Shown here piece after piece: positions 59,149 through 64,000 of a DNA stretch of 64,000 nt. The notes beneath the pieces were generated by a model that saw only the letters and a program-made list of their open reading frames with translations, was not told the origin of the DNA and ran no database searches. Where the stretch lies: NCBI GenBank assembly GCA_040437565.1, contig JBDOQK010000024.1, positions 248,001 through 312,000 on the forward strand, in the 5' to 3' direction. Source of the DNA: Albugo candida (taxonomy: Eukaryota). Numbering within the stretch: the stretch's first letter is position 1; each line of letters begins with the position of its first letter. The position numbers and the translations under genes are program-made.

Positions 59149-60651
59149 TTAGGTCGTCACTTTCTTCCTTTTCCTATTTCTTCTCTTCGGTTGGATTGTG
59201 GATTTTTTTTCAGTGTTGCTTTCAGTAGTTAGCTGCTCAGTAATGGCTAATGATCGCGGTGTTGTTGCTACTTGATCCTTCTCACGTTCGAAATATGCGA
59301 CAAAGAAGCCATTGGTGCCGTCCTCAATTGCATTCGCTCGCACCATCAATTTCGCATCAGATGATGACACTCCATTGACGGGAATACCTCGTCGCGGCCA
59401 GAATGGTAAACATTCTTTGAGTCGAAACCTATTCGACCCTTCTACTTTTTGAGTAGCCAAAGCTGCTGAAACGACCTCTTCGTTTTCAATCTTAAAAACC
59501 GAGCATGTTGAGTACACTATGCGGTCTACTTGGTCGAATGAGAAAGCTTTGCGTAGCATCAATAATTGAAATCTAGCAAGGGACTCTATCCTCTTGTGTG
59601 TCGTGCCATCTTCTTGCTCTAGGTCGTAGTCGGTCATCTCAGGTCTGCTAGCAATGTCTAGTAGATGATCAAATCGGTTATTCATTCCAGAACCCGAGCA
59701 AGAAGGATCTAGTACGATACTCTTCACATTTTCATAACGACGATCGTGTATATCGGCATCCAAAAAGTCTTGACAGGAAGCCTGCACAATCCCATCCGCT
59801 CCACACAATTCTAAACGACTTTCTAGTATCTTCAGTCGTGCTGTCGAACGATCAAACGCAAACACTTTACTATTCGTTGACATTCCCACCAACGTTTTTC
59901 CCAAAAGCATCGCTAAATGGGTTGTTTTGTTTCCTGGAGCTGCGCAAGCATCAATTATGTCTCCACCAGGCCATGCTGGATCACTTAGTAATACAAATGC
60001 AGGGAAACAACTCGCTTTGTCCTGTAAGACCAACTTCCCTTCCCTTACTAGCTCATGATCATGGAGTTCGATATTCCGAGGCAAAACGAGTAGGTCAGGA
60101 ATATGGACATCGTTTTGTGCCTTTGTCGTCTCAATGAATTCCGCTATCTCCTCTTTCCGTGCTTTGAGCGTATTCACACGTATATATCTGGGGATATCCA
60201 CTTGTGTAGAGCACTTTCTATTTTCAATTGGCAATAAATCTTCATGATCGCACACCTTCTCTTTAATTTTCATCCGCACAAGTGCTTCGCGCAACGCATT
60301 TGCGTGCTTCATGATTTCACGTTTCATGAACCCCCCACCAGCGATGCTCTTCTTTTTACCAAACAACAGGTCATAAATTGAGATGTAGATGGTCGCCAGA
60401 GTCACTGAAATGATTTGACTTTCTTTACTCTTTGACTTCGATTTGCATAATTGTCTGACCCGAGATTGGAATAATGGAACGGCTGCCACTAACTTTTCTA
60501 GAAGCGGTTTATGGCGGAGAGTTTCGCACACAAGAGCGAATGAACTTTTGGTATTAATAATATCAGGTGAGTACAACAGAGACTTGAGCCCGCCTCGACG
60601 ATTCTCATACTTTTGTAGCAATGACGCGGCTTCTTTGTACAGGTCGCTCAT
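59149..60651 (-). CDS. NSUN5: Large-subunit rRNA m5C methyltransferase NSUN5/Rcm1
   Basis: IPRYIRVNTLK; LVLQDKASCFPA; IDACAAPGNKTTHLA; VLDPSCSGSG; IVYSTCSVFKIENEEVV; TNGFFVAYF. Confidence 0.95.
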   Translation of the reverse strand: MSDLYKEAASLLQKYENRRGGLKSLLYSPDIINTKSSFALVCETLRHKPLLEKLVAAVPLFQSRVRQLCKSKSKSKESQIISVTLATIYISIYDLLFGKKKSIAGGGFMKREIMKHANALREALVRMKIKEKVCDHEDLLPIENRKCSTQVDIPRYIRVNTLKARKEEIAEFIETTKAQNDVHIPDLLVLPRNIELHDHELVREGKLVLQDKASCFPAFVLLSDPAWPGGDIIDACAAPGNKTTHLAMLLGKTLVGMSTNSKVFAFDRSTARLKILESRLELCGADGIVQASCQDFLDADIHDRRYENVKSIVLDPSCSGSGMNNRFDHLLDIASRPEMTDYDLEQEDGTTHKRIESLARFQLLMLRKAFSFDQVDRIVYSTCSVFKIENEEVVSAALATQKVEGSNRFRLKECLPFWPRRGIPVNGVSSSDAKLMVRANAIEDGTNGFFVAYFEREKDQVATTPRSLAITEQLTTESNTEKKSTIQPKRRNRKRKKVTT

Positions 60652-62855
60652 CTGTATGAGCAATTACCGTGTTCCCCTGATTATTATCTCAATCCAGCTT
60701 TCGAGAAAGCTGACATTTTTTTCGCGAATACTTCTATGTAATTCCTTTCAAGATAGACGCGTTCTATTCCGCTCAGCAGCTCGTATCATCCTGTAAGGAC
60801 AGCAAATGCAAAGAATCCAAGCTGTCATCCGGAGACGGAGAGACATGTCCTGTGTTTCGTGCTGCAATTGCAGAGACATTCGACGTCGCGTCGAGGCTGT
60901 AACCTTGTGAGTAATCGACTGCTTCTATCAGCTTCTTTCTCATCAGATGCTGGAGCTCCTCTTCAAGATCTTTTACTGTCCTTTTAGAGCCTCCTTCCGC
61001 GCACTGATGTCTCCAGTTGATAGCTTTCCAGTAATTTGGTAACTCCAATGTATTATCGCAAGTCTGAAAAAGAGTATTGTCGGACGAATTAGATGCAAAG
61101 AAGAAGAGGGAAGCATACATGTGACTGTGGTAGCATGAATAAAAGCTTTTTAAGGTCTTGTGATGTGTCCTCTGGAAAANNNNNNNNNNNNNNNNNNNNN
61201 NNNNNNNNNNNNNNNNNNNNNNNNNNNNNNNNNNNNNNNNNNNNNNNNNNNNNNNNNNNNNNNNNNNNNNNNNNNNNNNTGCCATCTTCTTGCTCTAGGT
61301 CGTAGTCGGTCATCTCAGGTCTGCTAGCAATGTCTAGTAGATGATCAAATCGGTTATTCATTCCAGAACCCGAGCAAGAAGGATCTAGTACGATACTCTT
61401 CACATTTTCATAACGACGATCGTGTATATCGGCATCCAAAAAGTCTTGACAGGAAGCCTGCACAATCCCATCCGCTCCACACAATTCTAAACGACTTTCT
61501 AGTATCTTCAGTCGTGCTGTCGAACGATCAAACGCAAACACTTTACTATTCGTTGACATTCCCACCAACGTTTTTCCCAAAAGCATCGCTAAATGGGTTG
61601 TTTTGTTTCCTGGAGCTGCGCAAGCATCAATTATGTCTCCACCAGGCCATGCTGGATCACTTAGTAATACAAATGCAGGGAAACAACTCGCTTTGTCCTG
61701 TAAGACCAACTTCCCTTCCCTTACTAGCTCATGATCATGGAGTTCGATATTCCGAGGCAAAACGAGTAGGTCAGGAATATGGACATCGTTTTGTGCCTTT
61801 GTCGTCTCAATGAATTCCGCTATCTCCTCTTTCCGTGCTTTGAGCGTATTCACACGTATATATCTGGGGATATCCACTTGTGTAGAGCACTTTCTATTTT
61901 CAATTGGCAATAAATCTTCATGATCGCACACCTTCTCTTTAATTTTCATCCGCACAAGTGCTTCGCGCAACGCATTTGCGTGCTTCATGATTTCACGTTT
62001 CATGAACCCCCCACCAGCGATGCTCTTCTTTTTACCAAACAACAGGTCATAAATTGAGATGTAGATGGTCGCCAGAGTCACTGAAATGATTTGACTTTCT
62101 TTACTCTTTGACTTCGATTTGCATAATTGTCTGACCCGAGATTGGAATAATGGAACGGCTGCCACTAACTTTTCTAGAAGCGGTTTATGGCGGAGAGTTT
62201 CGCACACAAGAGCGAATGAACTTTTGGTATTAATAATATCAGGTGAGTACAACAGAGACTTGAGCCCGCCTCGACGATTCTCATACTTTTGTAGCAATGA
62301 CGCGGCTTCTTTGTACAGGTCGCTCATCTGTATGAGCAATTACCGTGTTCCCCTGATTATTATCTCAATCCAGCTTTCGAGAAAGCTGACATTTTTTTCG
62401 CGAATACTTCTATGTAATTCCTTTCAAGATAGACGCGTTCTATTCCGCTCAGCAGCTCGTATCATCCTGTAAGGACAGCAAATGCAAAGAATCCAAGCTG
62501 TCATCCGGAGACGGAGAGACATGTCCTGTGTTTCGTGCTGCAATTGCAGAGACATTCGACGTCGCGTCGAGGCTGTAACCTTGTGAGTAATCGACTGCTT
62601 CTATCAGCTTCTTTCTCATCAGATGCTGGAGCTCCTCTTCAAGATCTTTTACTGTCCTTTTAGAGCCTCCTTCCGCGCACTGATGTCTCCAGTTGATAGC
62701 TTTCCAGTAATTTGGTAACTCCAATGTATTATCGCAAGTCTGAAAAAGAGTATTGTCGGACGAATTAGATGCAAAGAAGAAGAGGGAAGCATACATGTGA
62801 CTGTGGTAGCATGAATAAAAGCTTTTTAAGGTCTTGTGATGTGTCCTCTGGAAAA
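59604..62855. repeat. 1576-bp direct repeat around 100-N gap (61180-61279), probable assembly overlap that creates the second NSUN5 and HECT-end copies
   Basis: 59604-61179 is repeated from 61280. Confidence 0.9.
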
Positions 62856-64000
62856 GGCATCTCGATGCGTAAAAACTATACTGGAGAGTGAGTACAAGAC
62901 TAACGCAAACGCTATGTCCACTCACCTCAGTACCTGGTAGAGGGAAGGATGCCACTCCCGTGATGAATTTGACTAGCTTTCGCTGTGTTGTGAGATCGAA
63001 TGCATCCACCACTTTCCAGAAAGTTTGTTGCAAGATTTCGCATTCAGCAAATGCGAGATCACAAGCGATCCGGTATATTTCACGCAAGGTCTTCGTATCT
63101 TGCTTAGAACTCTTCCAAGAGTGAAGCATATCATGGATATCAGCTGAAGAAATGTGCTCCGCCCTGAGCGTAGCTAGGGGTAATGTAATGTCAAAACCAT
63201 GCTTGATGTGCTGAATCTGCCATTTGTAATACGTAGCCTCTCCAAAATGGTTTTCTAGAACGAGATTGATATACTCCCCGTATGTCAAAGCTGTATCCAT
63301 TCCTTCAAGTCTGAGGTATTCAACAAAATCTTTCGGAGGTAATGCCTCGAGCTTTTCCAAAGCCTTCACCATGTCTGGATTCAGTGCCCTCGCTAGATCT
63401 AGCAGATCTTGTTGATCGTGTGGCTCATGAGAACATAGTAAACTGTAAAAGTGAGCAGGTATCATGATGTGATCAAGCCTTGTGAGATTGACTATGGCGT
63501 TCGCCAGAAACCACCCAAGGAATATCAGGCGCTCTCGCGATTCTATTGTATCAGGGAGATCTCGATTAAACCATACAGACTCGTTCCCTTGTATGTAAGA
63601 AAGCACGGGTGTAGTATGGTGATACAATCGTACATCGCGCACAGGCACATGCATAGTGTTATTGGATACTGATATGTCAAGCATGGCTGTACTACTATCC
63701 ACAATTGTAGTAATCACACAAGTGCGTGAAGTTCCGTCGATATCTGTCCACACAAGTCGAACACCAGGACTAAGTCTTTCGCAACATGTGGCGCAGAATA
63801 ATCGATTGCCTTCAATTACAATCTCAGCGTCTGATTCTCCAAGAACGTCAAGCATGTTTTCAGTCAGCTTCCAGGGTTCTGTAAAAGAATCCGATACAAG
63901 GAAGAACCATTCTTTAAGAGGTCCTCTTCCTTCTCCTTCCTCGACGTGAATAGAGTTTATCATCTTGTCACCAAATCTGCTTTTGAAGTAAGGGGTTATC
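62449..64000 (-). CDS. HECT E3 ubiquitin ligase, C-terminal part (5' end outside window)
   Basis: GEGRGPLKEWFFLV; FLGWFLANAI; FWKVVDAFDLTTQRKLVKFITG. After splicing two small introns it reads LPQSH|TCDNTLELPNY, with the catalytic Cys present. Confidence 0.9.
   Translation of the reverse strand, partial: ITPYFKSRFGDKMINSIHVEEGEGRGPLKEWFFLVSDSFTEPWKLTENMLDVLGESDAEIVIEGNRLFCATCCERLSPGVRLVWTDIDGTSRTCVITTIVDSSTAMLDISVSNNTMHVPVRDVRLYHHTTPVLSYIQGNESVWFNRDLPDTIESRERLIFLGWFLANAIVNLTRLDHIMIPAHFYSLLCSHEPHDQQDLLDLARALNPDMVKALEKLEALPPKDFVEYLRLEGMDTALTYGEYINLVLENHFGEATYYKWQIQHIKHGFDITLPLATLRAEHISSADIHDMLHSWKSSKQDTKTLREIYRIACDLAFAECEILQQTFWKVVDAFDLTTQRKLVKFITGVASFPLPGTEVSGHSVCVSLVLTLQYSFYASRCLFQRTHHKTLKSFYSCYHSHMYASLFFFASNSSDNTLFQTCDNTLELPNYWKAINWRHQCAEGGSKRTVKDLEEELQHLMRKKLIEAVDYSQGYSLDATSNVSAIAARNTGHVSPSPDDSLDSLHLLSLQDDTSC

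Noticed and set aside
61089-62339. Second, truncated NSUN5 paralogue or NSUN5-HECT chimera
   Set aside because: Produced by the 1576-bp gap-flanking repeat and translation through Ns.
1-64000. Prokaryotic-style defence island (PLD nuclease, EndoU, NACHT), CRISPR array or intact mobile element
   Set aside because: The genes are dispersed among intron-containing eukaryotic housekeeping loci. No repeat-spacer array, LTR, TIR or intact transposase/RT was seen.

Overview
Gene-dense eukaryotic genomic scaffold with short GT-AG introns (about 50-75 nt, CTAAT/CTGAC-type branch points) and very short intergenic spacers. Gene content and compactness point to a flagellate oomycete, Albugo-like (inference). 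From left to right: a decayed 2.4 kb with an MMSDH pseudogene fragment; POLE; a NIPA-type transporter fused to phospholipase D; a ~16.7 kb highly divergent dynein heavy chain-like gene; IFT57; a C2H2 plus 3R-Myb factor; symplekin; EndoU with an IQ motif; an unknown protein with a tandem domain; a small conserved protein; SPCS1; NAP/SET; SPAG17/PF6; a membrane-anchored GH63-like protein; a PhyH dioxygenase; a NACHT plus coiled-coil protein; NSUN5; and the 3' part of a HECT ligase. Seven 100-N gaps are each flanked by a direct repeat. These are most likely unmerged contig overlaps rather than real duplications. The best candidates for novelty are the dynein-like protein (AAA1 catalytic motifs lost, stalk too short to hold a microtubule-binding domain), the NIPA-PLD fusion with an HxN second motif, the GH63 pseudo-enzyme and the EndoU-IQ fusion. 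All family assignments come from recognising motifs by eye; no database searches were run.
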